A DNA stretch of 51,013 bases, filler included, from Catajapyx aquilonaris (lineage: Eukaryota): NCBI GenBank assembly GCA_000934665.2. It is 2 parts of 2 records of this genome, joined end to end, with 100 filler letters (N's around TTAATTAATTAA, not from the genome) between each part and the next. Parts side by side here need not be neighbours in the genome. Positions count along the whole stretch, not along the records: positions 25,535 to 51,013 come from JYFJ02005365.1; 1 more part is not named here. One strand, written 5' to 3'. Positions within the stretch are counted from its first letter, which is position 1. Each line of letters starts with the position of its first letter. The notes beneath the pieces are model-generated. The model searched no databases. It had not been told where the DNA came from and was given only the letters and a program-made list of their open reading frames with translations. This document shows, in pieces, positions 25,535-38,960 of this stretch. A program made the translations under genes and the position numbers.

Positions 25535-28500
25535 AACAGGCAGCGTGGCGGACTTCCTCGCCACCATCAACACGGCAGCAGAAATTTCAGGCTGGACCGA
25601 GGCCCAGAAAACCTTAATACTGAAACTCCGAGTCAGCGGGGAAGCCCGTTCCTTCCTACATTCCTTACCAAGTTCCTCCACGCTGTTATGGGCGGAAGTA
25701 GTTGAAGCCTTGAGAGCACGGTACGAAGAACCAATCACCACGGCGAGCCTCATGCAACAATTGGGAGAAGTAAAACAGAAGGAAGGAGAAAACGTACGGG
25801 CTTTCGCGGTCCGAGTCCGGCAGCTGGGCTCAAAAATAGTAGAAACGACGAGATCCAGCCACAACAACACCCTCTTAACCGCACAATTGACGGCACAGTT
25901 CGCCAGAGGGCTGAAGTCCCCGGAGATTCGCAGATTCGTGAGCTATGCGAACCCTCCCACTCTAGACGAGGCTGTATCTATAGCCGCAACGCAGGAAGCG
26001 AACGAGGACGCAACGCTAAAAAAGTCAGTCCGACTGATGGAAGCGAAAAGCACGGAGGACAGATTGGAAGAAATACTGCAACGCGTCATGAACTTCGTCG
26101 TAACGAGAGAAGGGAAGGAAGAACCAGAAATGAGGGAAGCCACTAGGGGACGGAGCCCCGCCTCCCGAGGAAGCTACCAGCAAAATGGAAGTCGAGACCT
26201 CACCCCGGGAAGACCCAACAGAGACAACAGTAGGGGGAGGAGCCAATCTAGGGAAAGGGACAATTCGAGGGGAAGGTATCCCCAACACCCCAACTACCCT
26301 CCCCAGAGATACCCAAACCCCGCCCCCAACCACCCCTACTATCCCAGGCCGAGCTACTCTTACAACCTCCCCACGCCCAGCTACACCCCCTCGAAAAATC
26401 ATAACCAACCCAAACCTGCAAATAACCAAGCAGGAGGAATAACACAGGGACATCCCTGCCACCTATGTCTACGTTACGGCCACGATCCCAACGAATGCTG
26501 GACTCAATCCTCCCAGTGTTTCCGCTGTGGCGGGTGGGGCCACCTCGCCAGGGCCTGCCAGGGAAACGAGAAACGGCCCTCCCAGGACTAAGGGCGGAGG
26601 GCCACGAATCATCGAGAAGAGTTCATAGAATAACGAAGAGCGCCATCTTCGTGGATATCACCATCCAAGGCAGACCAGCAGTGTTCCAAATAGACACAGG
26701 AGCGGGCCTCGCTGATAAACCCAGAATGGCTACCACTACAAACAGGACTGGTCAAAGATGAGGAGACAACGGAGTTAGTAGGCGTCACGGGCGATGTCCT
26801 ACCCGTTCACGGAATCCACATGTTCGAGCTAACCATCGGAAAGACCAAGATCACCCACCCTCTGGGTTGTGACGCAAGGGAACAAGGCGTACGACGGCAT
26901 ACTCGGACAAGACTTCATCAATGACCAGGAGATTGACATCTTGACCAGCCAGTCGACACTACGTCTGGGGGATGAACACATCCCATACACCCGCACCAAC
27001 ACCAACCTCTCCAAGAGTGCCCCTATCAAATGGATAGACACACGACCCATTCCCGCCCGATCCGAGATAATCACAACCGGGCTGACGGACAGGAAGTACT
27101 GGAACAAGACCATCCTGCTGGAGCCCGTGGGGCAGCCGGTGGGCGGATTCGTGGTGGCCCACGCCCTCACGTAAGTCTCCGGGGACGGTCGAGTCCCTAT
27201 CAGGATCGTCAATACCACTGAGGAAGACATCCACATACCGGCGAACGCAACTATAGGAAAAGGAAGCTCGTCATACGCACTGTACGACACCTCGAAGAAC
27301 AACGCGGCCCAGCTGAAGCCTGACTGGACCGAACTCAAGATGGGACGCCTGGAGAGCCACCATCAAGACGACCTGAGGAACCTACTACAGGAATACAAGA
27401 ACGTGTTCCAGGCAAAGGACGGCCCCTTGGGGCAAACATCGACCGTAAAACACAGGATTGAGACGGGAGAAGCACGCCCCATCGCCTGCAGACCTTATCG
27501 AATCCCGGAAAGGCAGAGAAGAAGTAACCGCCTGCATCGACGACATGCTGCGGCATGGGGTAATTGAACCGACGTCATCCGCATGGGCGGCGCCAGTCGT
27601 CCTAGTCCAGAAGCCCGACGGCAAACTGAGGTTCTGCGTAGATTACCGAAAATTAAACGCGGTCACAAAACGAGACATCTACCCCCTACCCACCATCCCG
27701 GAGACGCTGGACAAGCTGGGAGGGTCCAGATACTTCAGCTCCTTAGATCTCCACACGGGATTCTGGCAAATCGATGTGGACGAACGGGACAGAGAGAAAA
27801 CGGCCTTCATACTACCTAACGGCAGGTACCAATTCACAAGGATGCCGTTCGGCTTAGTTAACTCACCCAGCACCTTTCAAAGATTAATGGACGTCACACT
27901 CGCCGGACTTAAGGAAGACATTGGTCTAGTGCACCTAGATGACATCATTATTTACTCGGAGTCCTTCCCGGAACACCTGAGACGCTTACGGTCAGTCCTC
28001 GACAGACTCAAGAAGGCGGGACTAAGGTTAAAACTATCCAAATGCCATTTCGCCAAGGAACGAGTCAAATACTTGGGACACATAGTCTCAAGAGACGGAG
28101 TCGAACCCGACCCCGCTAAGATCAGCACCATCCAAACCTACCCGGAGCCACGCACCATCAAACAAGTCCGAGCCTTTTTAGGCCTCGTCGGGTTCTACAG
28201 GCGATTCATCCCCAGATTTGCGGATCTGGCGCAACCATTGACCCGGCTGACGAAGAAACCCGCTTACCCAGGACAAAAACTGCAGTGGGAGGAAGAACAG
28301 AGCCAGTCCTTCAATACCCTGAGAAACTCCCTCACCAAATTCCCCGTCCTGCGCTGTCCCGACTTCTCAAAGCCATTCACCCTCTCTACTGACGCTTCGG
28401 CATACGCCATTGGCGCCACATTATCACAAAGATTTGAGGACGGAGAGCATCCCTTGGCATACCAGAGCCGGCAACTCAGCAAGGCCGAGAGAAACTACTC

Positions 28501-31000
28501 GACAACGGAAAGGGAATGCGTAGCTGTCGTGTGGGCGATGAGGTCGTTCAGATGCTACCTTTACGGCCGACACTTCACCGTCATCACAGACCACGCCCCC
28601 GTAAGGTGGCTAATAAACCTGAAGGATCCGTCTTCCCGGTTGGCCCGGTGGTCAGTCGCACTCCAGGGCTACGACTTTGAAGTAACACACAGGCCCGGCA
28701 GGCTCCACTCAAACGTGGATGCCCTCAGCAGGATCGAGGTCAACACCGTCAAAGGGTTGGAGGCTGCTTGGGATAGGGCCAGACTCAAGAAGGAACAAAC
28801 AGAGGACCCACATTGCAGTCACATCCTGGCCGACGTCCGGTGCGGAAGAAGGCAGGACTTCCATACGTCAGACGGGATCCTGTACACCGACAAAAAGGGC
28901 AGGGAAGTCGCCGTGGTTCCCAAAACCATGACGGAGAAAATTATGGAGCTCCACCATGACCCCCCGTTTGCCGGCCATCTGGGGTACCACAAAACCCTGG
29001 CAAAAATTCAACAACAATTCATCTGGCCAGGGATGACGAAGGACATTCGACAGTACTGCAAAACCTGCACACCCTGCCAGAAGAGGAAGCAGCCCAGACC
29101 CCGAGGAACGGCTCCCCTCCAACCTTACCCAGAAGTGCACCTGCCATTCGAGCGCGTATCGATGGACTTCATGGGGCCACTACCAACATCAGAGGGCGGG
29201 AACAAACACATCCTGGTGCTAACAGACTACCTGACGAGATATCCGGAGGCGTTCGCCTTACCAGACCAGAAGGCAGAGACGGTTGACAGAGTGTTGGTCA
29301 ACGAGGTGTTCCCACGGCACGGAATCCCGCGCCAGCTGCTCACGGACCAAGGCCGGAACTTCACATCACGCCTCATGAAGGATTTATGCCACCTTCTCGG
29401 GGTGAAGAAGATACAGACATCGGCGTACCACCCTGCGGCAAACGGGCTAGTGGAGAGGTACAACCGCACGTTGGTAGATTGTCTTAGCCACTACGTCAAC
29501 AAGGACCAAACCAACTGGGACGAAGGGGTACCACTCGTTTTGATGGCGTACCGAAGTGCGGTACAGGAGTCAACGATGGAGACACCCTTCTTTCTCATGC
29601 ACGGACGTGACATGACCCTACCAGCGGATGACACCTTCACAGCACCGCCAGAGCCATACAACGACAACCCTTCCTACAGGACCAAGTTAACACGCCGCAT
29701 GCAGTCAGAGTACGAAGTGGTCAAAGAGCGGTTAAAGGAGGCCTTCCAGAGGCAGAAGAGACATCACGACCGGAAAAAGAAGAAAAAATACATCGAGGAA
29801 GGTGACCTAGTCCTACTCCACACCCCGAATTGCCCACCCCGCCTCGCCCACAAACTCTTCACCCCTTGGGACGGACCCTTCCGAGTACTCCAGCAGACCC
29901 ATCCCTGCAACTACCTGATCCAACACATGAAGACGGGGAAGAGGCACCACGTCCACGTGGACCGCCTCCGACCATTTACACCCCGACACCCCTTCCCTAT
30001 GATGGATGACGCACCCCAAGCACAAGCGACTCAACCAGAGCCAGTCACGGAGAGGATTGTCGAAGCAGACGTCCCGATCCTGGAGGATATATGGATCGCC
30101 CCGCCTGCCGTCACCTCCACCGTAGCACCGAGCCCGGAGCGACGTGACCTGTTAACGGAGAGGAGCGGCCAGCCAGTAGCAGATCAGCGACAGTCCACCC
30201 ACCGGACGACGGAGGACCGCGACCAGGACAGACCACAGCCCACGCACGGCTACAACCTCCGCAGCCGTGGAAACCCAGCCGAGTGACACTAAACATTCAG
30301 TGGACACCCAAGTGTTGTGTTGAGGGGCGAAGGACAACCAATATGTATAGTGTTGATATGCGGGAAGTGAAATGTACTGTTGAGTTGAGAGTGACATTAT
30401 GGAATATTCTGTTTTAGCTAACCGTTGAAATGATAATGCAGTGGTGTCCCGTGTTGTAGGGACACCATGCTTGAAACTAAAGAGGGAAGTATGTAGCGTG
30501 AGAGAGAGAGAAAGTTGACAAAGTCCCGGTAGGGTGCAGCAGGGGCCGGCAGGGTGCAGAAGGGGAAGTGAGGACCCGAACCAACCCACAGTAGAGTGAA
30601 AGCAGAGGGCGCGACGAACGATCAAAAATTGAAAAGCAGATCTCGAATATTTCAGACTCAACTGGAATTTTTAGAGCAATTTTACTAAACAAACAAATGT
30701 TATGGATCGGATAGAAACCCCAATCAATTGTGAAAATAGAGTGTTACATTAGTAGATAAGCACCACGAACCAATAATGCACCAGTTTAATACATTCTTGT
30801 GAAGTCAAAAGGGCTATAACACGAAGCCGGTGGGCAGAATAAAGCAAGCTGAAGCTGAGGTGGAAACATTGTGGAAACCAAAGTGGAAGCATTGGAGCAG
30901 GAGAGTCGTGTTGCGTCTTTTTCTGAACTCCCTAACCCCCTCACCTTTCACCTACCTCACCTTTCCTCACCTGGTCTAGCGCTCTTTGTAGCTGCTGTAC
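25535..31000 (+). mobile_element. Ty3/gypsy LTR retrotransposon, degenerate: gag 25545-26591, pro ~26560-27450 (broken), RT-RH-IN 27458-30286, 3' LTR from 30492 (end approximate)
   Basis: Gag with two zinc knuckles; protease IDTGA; RT motifs FCVDYRKLN and MPFGL; RNase H TDAS...ERNYST; integrase HHCC and DDE core; GPF motif. PPT AAAGAGGGAAG precedes TGTAGCG. Confidence 0.92.
27458..30286 (+). pseudogene. Gypsy pol (RT, RNase H, integrase); upstream part frameshifted and YxDD changed to HLDD
   Basis: 942-aa ORF with domain order RT-RH-IN; frameshifts near 26710 and 27515, stop at 27172-27174. Confidence 0.88.
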
Positions 31001-31259
31001 AGGCATAGATTCCCACCCCCTTTAACTCTGCGCTCTTCAGCTGCGGGTTAAAGCCCTCTCACCCCTCGCTCTCAGCGACGCCTTACGTCGATGCCGGCCG
31101 ACAATAGGAGCGGCAAGAAGAAGGAAGGCGGCGGCAAGACAAAGCGGGGTTGCCGCGGAGGTCGGCAGCAGAAGACCAAGGCTCTGCTGAAGGAAGCAAG
31201 GCAAGGCCATTGCTCGTTCATTGATTCCTGGGTGCTCATTTCGAAAGCAGCGTGGTCCA

Positions 31260-31715
31260 AAAGCAAAAGTGTGCTATAAGCGTAAGAGAAGGGCAGATGG
31301 TCATCTTGCAGTTCCTGATGCTGTCCGCATGGCAAATCCAGAGCCTGCCCACCACATCCCAATAAAAACAGACACCAGGAAGCGCTGCCGAAATTGCAGC
31401 ATTAGGAAACAGGTGGAGGCAAGGACTTGGTATACATGTTGCGCATGCCATATTTACTGTGCCTAACATGCTTCAAAGAGTATTCCTATTATAGAAACAA
31501 TAAAATGTGGAAAAAAAAGTGATTTTCAATTGTTGACATCCCATTACCCCAGACTGTTACTGGGACACAAGGTGTCCCGGCAATTTTTAACAATGATGTC
31601 ATTGTTGTTGAGGTATGAAAAAATTTCCTTGTCATCTTATGTACTGTACGTACAGAATAAAGTTCTGATTTGATCTTGCATAGAATTTTCTAACAGAGTT
31701 TTATCAGTTAAAGGT
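31260..31715 (+). mobile_element. piggyBac transposase C-terminal Cys-rich fragment and decayed 3' end
   Basis: HHIPIKTDTRKRCRNC...RTWYTCCACHIYC, then frameshifted CFKEY; palindrome GGGACACAAGGTGTCCC downstream. Confidence 0.7.
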
Positions 31716-32665
31716 GCCCACAATGAATGCTCTCCTCATGCTATGGAATGACTTGAAAGATAACTGCTTGCAAGCAGAAGCTGTGATTTTTCACTTATCT
31801 AAAGGGTTTTCGCTAGTAAATATGGCAACTTGTAAGGAGCAAACTACGGGATTGAAACGTCATTTTTGGGAAAAGACAGCAGAGATATTCCAGGCGGATC
31901 ACGAGTTTGAAATGTTTGAACTACCATTTGCTGATATGATTCAATATTGCATGAAGTTAAATGGGAGACCACTAACGTCAATACGACCAATCCAGCCTCG
32001 AGGAGTTACTGTTGGTGAAAGGTTGCTCTATTTGTACCGTAAGTACTTACACTACTGTAACAAAAGCTGATGACATGGAAAGAAGCATTGGGTCTTAGCA
32101 ACCATTATATGTGGTAGAACCACATTCACGACAAGTGATTTCAAACCTTCATGAGCTGGGTCCGGAGTTTTGGAACATTGGAGAGGCTTTTTTCAGACAA
32201 GTTAGCCTGAGCTGGACTGGCCTGGTGTACAATGCACATGTGGAGGTGATTGCTGATCTAAAGTCCCAAATGGGCGGACAATGGCGTATGGTGCAGGATG
32301 CTGCCTTAACAACAAGTATACTACAAGAGATGGAACAGTATGCTACAGCCAAAGTAACAGAGTATATTAAGCATCAATGGCAACCAAATAGAGATTATTT
32401 AGCCAGCAGGCTTAGCAGGAGATACTATATCAATGCGAATTTTGCACTGATGGAGCAGAGAAGGACACAGTGGCATCAAAGAGGCCCACAGGGTGTTGAC
32501 ACCCCCAGGGAAACACGATACCGGAACCCAGCCGACACTCAACTATTACTGAATGTTCAGCATGGTCAAGACATACCTTCTGGTCGGGGGCTAGGGCAAG
32601 GTCAGTCCCGTGGCCGTGGTGGCGTTCGTTGGAGTAACTATAAAGTCGACTGTTCCTACCTCTAA
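31714..32665 (+). pseudogene. Disrupted ORF of unknown origin (two adjacent ORFs, 118 and 184 aa)
   Basis: Protein-like ORFs 40 bp apart that can be joined across one frameshift and one stop; followed immediately by AATAAA. Confidence 0.4.
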
Positions 32666-32989
32666 ATAAATAATGTCGATTACACTAGTTGCTGTTATGT
32701 TGACGTATTATTTAATTGAATGAATAAATGGGAAGGAGGGGCTGGAGGGCCATACTTTTGGCTATATCAATCCAAACTCCTTATTATGTTGGGAAAAACT
32801 GCCATTTTGGTGCATTCTTGCTAACGGCAGATAACGCAACAGACAAAATATACAATAATCCACCATTGTCATGTCCCCCAATGTCTGACAGTAGTGACCA
32901 TAGTGAATTTTCCATTCTTGAGGACGATCAAGTGTGCCTGGAGAATGCGAGTACTACGCCGCTGGATGGACGTGTCGAAAGGTTTTGAA

Positions 32990-33480
32990 AATGTATCCAT
33001 GTGACAGCTGTCGCTCGGTACTACTGTCAAAGGATAGGGAAGCTAAAGCTATTCATCAAGTATTTTTAAGAAAAAACTTCTGATGAACTGAAGAAAGGAG
33101 ATTTTGGGTAATTTTACGTGCCTTGAGAGATATTTATGATCTGAAGGAGGAGGCATTGAAATGTAAATGTTACGTTTGGCATGAAGGTGAGGGAAAGCGC
33201 GGCGTTAACGAAATACAACGTGAAATGAGCAACACCTTCTCATACCTCACCAAATCCTATCTTACAAAACCATGGACCCCCAACACCAGTTACCTCCTCT
33301 GCAAACTTAACAGGGCCTTCCATATAAACCACAATTACCACATGGCAGTTGTGGACCATACGTACATAGTTCCGAGTTCAACATATCCTTCAAGAATCCG
33401 AAGTCTGACACATGCGCTAAGTGTGATAAACATCAAATTGATATTGCCGAAGCCAAGCGACAAGGCAAGGGCTATGCGCA
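32990..33480 (+). mobile_element. Sola1-like transposase fragments in scrambled order
   Basis: IYDL...CYVWHEGEGKRGVNEI (33130-33215) and EFNISFKNPKSDTCAKCD (~33375-33430). Confidence 0.65.
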
Positions 33481-35849
33481 TGGTGGAGGTCACGGATGTG
33501 AAATGGAGAAGTGCGGTTCAAAGTGCGGAAATCCGGTCATCGAGTAATGCTACTTCTGTCAATGTCCATTTTTGAGTCATATTTTTTTTTTAGTCTGAGC
33601 AATGGTGAAATCGGTGTTCAGTTTGCCATCATGATGCAATGTGGCGCAATGTTGCGCAAGTTTACGTCAGCAATGTGAGCGGGGATTTTCCCTGCAGTTG
33701 TTTGTGCTTTATTAGCTGATGCAGCATCTTTCAAATCCATTGTCTTGTTTTATGTAGGGAGTAGCCTCTCCCGGGGTCTCATGGCCCGCACGTGGTTGGA
33801 CCACGGTTAAGGTCTTGTGACGTCAGAAATAGTGGGACCTTGTGCGAGGCGTTCCTTCTTGAAGAAGGAGGTGTGGAGTCGGAGTGTGGGGGCCTGGCTT
33901 TGTGCTGTGTCAAACATGCTGATGTAGTTGTCCAATCAGTGACGTGTAAATTTTGCGGCATTTTGAATTGACCAATAGGAGTATAGTTTTGGGTCTTTTG
34001 AAATGATTTTGGATAGTAGGCGGATAGTATCGGGAGGCTTGCCTCGGAAGGGAAAGCGGTGGCTTCGGGGTCTTTTGTCTGGGGCTTCTCGTGCTAGGTA
34101 GACGTGCCGGTTTGCTCTCCGACATGTAAAGACAAAGGCTGTTAGCTTTTTGTGTGCGGCGAGTGCACTAGAGTCAGGCTTGTGTGGCAGTATGGTCGCG
34201 AAGTAATTGGGGATAGCCGCCGGGCTGTTTGTGCGCACTTTTGGCAGTCGGTGCTGCAATTTTTGGGTGACCAATGTCGAGTCCAGTTTGTAGTGTAAAA
34301 TAGCTTCGGGTGGGTAGAAGCAGTGTGTGGGGTCCCATGCGGGTTGAGTCAGTGTAACGGTCAGTTGGGTGGGAAATTTCGGGAGTAATTTTGAGTAGTT
34401 TATTTTTGTACACAAAAGTGAGGTTGCAGGTTGAAAATTCAGTGGGTGCCGATGTGGCTTGCATAGGTGGGTGATCCAGTCACCCCGGGAAAATCCATTG
34501 TAACACCCTCCCACTCATCCACGCGTCGGTGGAGAAGATTTCAAGATGGCTGACCCGGTTCCAAGATGGCTGAACTTCCCCCACAAGATGGCGGACGGAA
34601 GTGAGAGGGACCACGCCACCATGGTTGTCCACCCCTACCTAACTGAGCCTGGAGTGGTGTGCGGACTGCCTTCCTGCTGAAGCGGGCTGCCTCAGACGGT
34701 TGCTGGTCGTCAGGAAATTATTGTATTGTAAGCGGTGGTTGGTTGAGAAAACCACAAGTGTTTGTTTTGATCGGAGAGTTGCTGTAACTGTGTGAATAAT
34801 TGGACTCAATAATAATTTGGTTTTGAACAAAAACATTTTGTCGACTACTCTTTCCATCTTGCATCGCTCATATCACAACTTTGGCAAGAGGCCACAGGGG
34901 GCTTATGACAGTTTGGTTGTTTGTCCGCTGCTTGCCACACTTCTGCCGCACCAGTGAGGCTTTCCGAGTGCTGTGATTCATTGGGTCATAAGGTGTCAGT
35001 ATTTAGAATTGACGACGATGAATCCAGTAATGAAAGTGTTGTTACATGCATTTCTTTAAGTAGTGAGAAAAATTTAACGTTAATGATAGAAAAGACGGTG
35101 GTCGCTGGGACGTCGGAACTTCATACGTGCACCGTCACGACGACCACCACTACACCAAAGCCAGCGAAGCCACTGCCTCCAAATGGACGTGATGCTCTTC
35201 TACCTCTTCTCATTTCATCGGTGATCAGGTATAGGTCCTACATCCAGCCCCACACTAGCTTTCCATTGTGCTGCATTCTCCATCACTTTGCCTGCCAGCT
35301 ACTGGTACCACCTGTGCCCACGAGTCAAGGACAGCAAAGTCTGGCGAGTTTGCCATGGGTGCAAGAAACACGTTTGTAAAGAGCATTCCGTAAGTCAAAT
35401 GGCATGCGCAGGAGAATGTAGCCAAAAGTAATTGGGCTCCTTGAAACTCACTTTCTTATTCAAAAAATAAAGAGGCCTATATGTTCGGAATGAGTCCTTT
35501 CTTCGATCAGCATGCTCCCATTTTTAGTCACACCAACAGAAAGTCAAGCGTAAGTCAACCAGATCCAGTTTCATTTCTGCCACATGATAAGGAGACTCTC
35601 ATTACAGATGCTGGGTAACACGTGGGATACTGGTAAACAGTAAACAGCGCCTCATGAGTCAACCCAGGGTCAGAGGAGGTCATTTTTTAAAAAATCTGCC
35701 ACTTATAGTCCCGGCCGAATTTAGGAAGCATTTATATTTTGATTTTTTTTTGTTCGTGTAAGTTTGTAAACGAAAAAACGACGTGGGGTCCGAAAAGGAC
35801 CCATGTTACCAGTTAAGCATGGCTAATGAGGTTGCAAGTTAAGTATTAA

Positions 35850-36335
35850 ATGGTTTACGATTTTGAAGTTCTAAACCCGCCGACTTCATTGATGAACTGA
35901 AAGAATATCAAGCCATCACTGGCTGTCCCGATGGGAATTGATTCACCATCATTATCCCCCACGCCTTGCAAGGTGGGGCTAAACTGTGGTACAAATATGG
36001 AGGGGGGGCCTTCGTCGATTGGTCCAGATTCCAGTACGCGTTTTTACGTGAGTACGAACCTGCAGCATACATTGACCAGCTTCGCATGGAATTGGACAAC
36101 GGCCGCCAGAGACCTAATGAATCGGCCACAGCCTTTATCTACCGGATGTGCGAATATTACCGGAAGCCGTGGACCAGACTCGCAGAAGGGCCACCATATT
36201 CTATCCCGTATTCATCATGAATACAAGCCCTTTTTTAGGCACACCACATTCCACTCTGTCGCTGACCTTATCAATACATCCCAGGTTGGGCACGCTGAGC
36301 TGTTTCGAGTACCACGCACTGACGGCAGTTCCTGA
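35850..36335 (+). pseudogene. Ty3/gypsy Gag capsid fragment (Arc-like), frameshifted
   Basis: NPADFIDEL...GGAKLWYKY...DWSRFQYAFLREY...LRMELDNGRQRPNESATAFIYRM...ILSRIHHEYK...FHSVADL. Confidence 0.7.
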
Positions 36336-36799
36336 AATCATCCAACAGCCTCGTGTCAGGACCTCAGTGCTGAAGTTTCCAGGTCCCGCTACTTGTGTCA
36401 CGACATCTGCGGCGACTTCCTGTCCTGTGATCAACCAACGAACACCTGTGATGACATCATTGCTGAAGCATCCATGTCCACCCCAGCCGTCCATCACGCG
36501 GCCTCCTGTGACACAAAGCCAGCCTACCGGTATCGAGACTACTGTGAACATCCCACGGCCACCTGTGATGGCATCAGTACTACCGCAGATGATTCAGAGC
36601 AGGGAGAGAAGCACAGGCAGTACAAAGAGACCAGCCATTCATCACCTCCACCGTTGCCTTGTGTGGAGGGCACCATTGCTTGCTATTGTTTCAGCTGGTG
36701 ATACTACCGCAGCTGATTCAGACCAGGGAGAGAATCACAGGGCGTCATATTTGATAGTGGGTACCCGACAAAAAAAAAAGTCTGGGGAGCATTGCTCTA

Positions 36800-37400
36800 A
36801 AGAGTGTCAAGAGCTTACACAAAGTTGTCTCTGCAGAAAGAGGAGCGAATGTCACAAGTGTGGCATGTATGAGTGCTGCTGGCCACTACATCCCACCAGC
36901 TCTTATCTCTCCTCTCAAACGAATGAAAGCGGGACTGTTAGATGGAGCACCTCCAGATGCCATGGCTATGCATTCAGACAGTTGATATATTGACTCTCAC
37001 TTGTTTGTTAACTGGCTGGATCACTTCCAAAGTCATGCAAAGGCATCAGTTGAAGATTCTATTCTCCTGATATTAGGCAATCATGGGTCACATATTAGTC
37101 TCCCAGCAGTGGAATTTTGCAGAGAAAATCCCCTGAGCCTACCGCCAAGCCATAGACTACAACCACTGGATGAAGGGTTTTTTTTTTTGGACCTCTCAAG
37201 TCATGCTTTGCCTGCGGTTGCGACAATTGGATGAGGAGTCATGCTGGGCGACCAATTACCATCTTCCAGATGGGGCAACTCATTGGGTATGCCTTTGCTC
37301 TGGCCGCCACACAGAAAAACACAATCTGCATTTAGTGTGACCGGAATTTGGCCAAACAACTCTGATGTATTTTCCGATGCAGATTTTTTGCCTTCAGACG
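36800..37400 (+). mobile_element. pogo/Tigger-type (DDE_1) transposase fragment
   Basis: SAERGANVTSVACMSAAGHYIPP, LFVNWLDHF...LLILGNHGSHISL...LPPSHRLQPLD, SAFSVTGIWP; multiple frameshifts. Confidence 0.8.
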
Positions 37401-37616
37401 TCACTCACAAGGAATTACCAGGGGTGACAAAACTGCAGCTTCAGCAAATGAAGACCTTTTCCCCCCAAAAAACACATGTCAAAAATATGCGAAAACCAGT
37501 TTTCAGATGTTTCACGTATTTCAAGGCTGGAGAATAATGTAGTGAAACTCTTACACAAAAACTGCACTTGTCTGTTGAGAAACAATGCAAGGCCGGTACC
37601 TACTCCATGTCCAAGA

Positions 37617-37815
37617 TGGCTCCCACAAAGAAGCAACTTGCGAAAGAGCGGGCGGAGGAGAAGAAGAGTCAGGCTGCGGAATGGAAGGGAAAACTCATCG
37701 CGGAGGTTCGGGCCCGCCCCTGTATATGGGACAAGGGCCGACAGGACCACCGGGACCGGGAGCTCCATGAGGTCATGTGGACCGAAGTGGTGGAGGCCAT
37801 GGGCACTATGACCAG
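37617..37815 (+). other. MADF (Myb/SANT-like) domain fragment, Harbinger ORF1-like or host-derived
   Basis: KLIAEVRARPCIWDKGRQDHRDRELHEVMWTEVVEAMG; ends at a possible GTATGT splice donor. Confidence 0.7.
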
Positions 37816-38319
37816 TATGTTTTTCCTAAGCACTCATGCTTGGTACCATCTTCTGCCCTGTGTGGTTTCTGAGTTCTCTAGGAGAGGGGGAGAAGGCCTG
37901 AGAAGCACTTGTACAGTGGTGGAAACTGGGTGGAAATCAATGGAAAAGCACAAGCATCGCGTCCTGGTGGAGTTTTCTCTGTACATGAAGCAGCTGTACT
38001 ATGTACAGGGAAAACTTCTCCAAGAAGTCGACCTGTGCTTCTCCAGTCATGAGGAGGGGAGTTGGAGGCGCTGTGATGGTCATGGTGAAAGAGAACAGTC
38101 CCAAATGATGTGCCTCGCAGACTGCACCCCTCCGTTGCACGGACAGCGGTCTGCAATCGTACTGTCTCCCTCCTCCTCGTCAACTCCCCTCTCCTTGTAC
38201 TCTCCAAGGTGAAAGCGACGCAGATATGCCCTATAGGGCCCGTGACCTGAGATGATTCTGGCAAGGTGGCCGTGTATGTGTCCGTGTTTATGCCCTCGCG
38301 AAGAGCGAAGCGTTACACT

Positions 38320-38960
38320 TTTTTACTTCCCACTCAAATCAGCCTACAACAGAGAGTGTGATACGTTCATGATAAGTCACACATATGAAGAAATCATACC
38401 ATACGAAATGGCATCCCTCGTTGGTAAGGCTTATGGTCGTGTAGCAACAGTAGAAAAGGCTATTAGTGGCTTCGCCTAGCTTCGGGGCGGGACACTGGGC
38501 TAGGGCCTGTGGGATGCGTATGGGAGTGCTGCAGTAGAGTTGGGTCCTTGAGCATTCAGGGCATTGCTTCCCCCTCCCCCCATTTTCCCTTCCATACTTG
38601 TTTTTGCTTTTAGAAATCTTAAATTTGCATAAATTTACCGAAAACTTGCATTAAATGTACATTAAAATTAAACTGTTGTGAACTATCACCTTTTCAGATC
38701 TTATTTGGCTCAGCTTCATTTTAAAATATAAATGTAATTTCTCTAACGTAAATTCTATTAATCGTTTGATTGGAGTTCCTTTTGTGAGGACAGTAAATGT
38801 AAATTCTTGTTCTTGATTAGCCTTTGAATAATTGTGGATGATGAGATACATTGGCGCGGGGCCTTTATGGTCGGGTCGCCGTAACTCTGACACAGTGGCT
38901 TTAAGAAAACTGGGATTCATGCATTGGACCCCGATGTATTTAATAAATCTAAGTTCATGG
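38320..38960 (+). mobile_element. Second pogo-type transposase fragment, split by the ~420-bp insert
   Basis: FYFPLKSAYNREC...GKAYGRVATVEKAISGF | KKTGIHALDPDVF resumes after the insert. Confidence 0.75.
38473..38894. repeat. Unclassified ~420-bp interspersed element, copy A
   Basis: ~99% identical to 40714-41136; flanked by GTGGCTT duplication. Confidence 0.85.
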
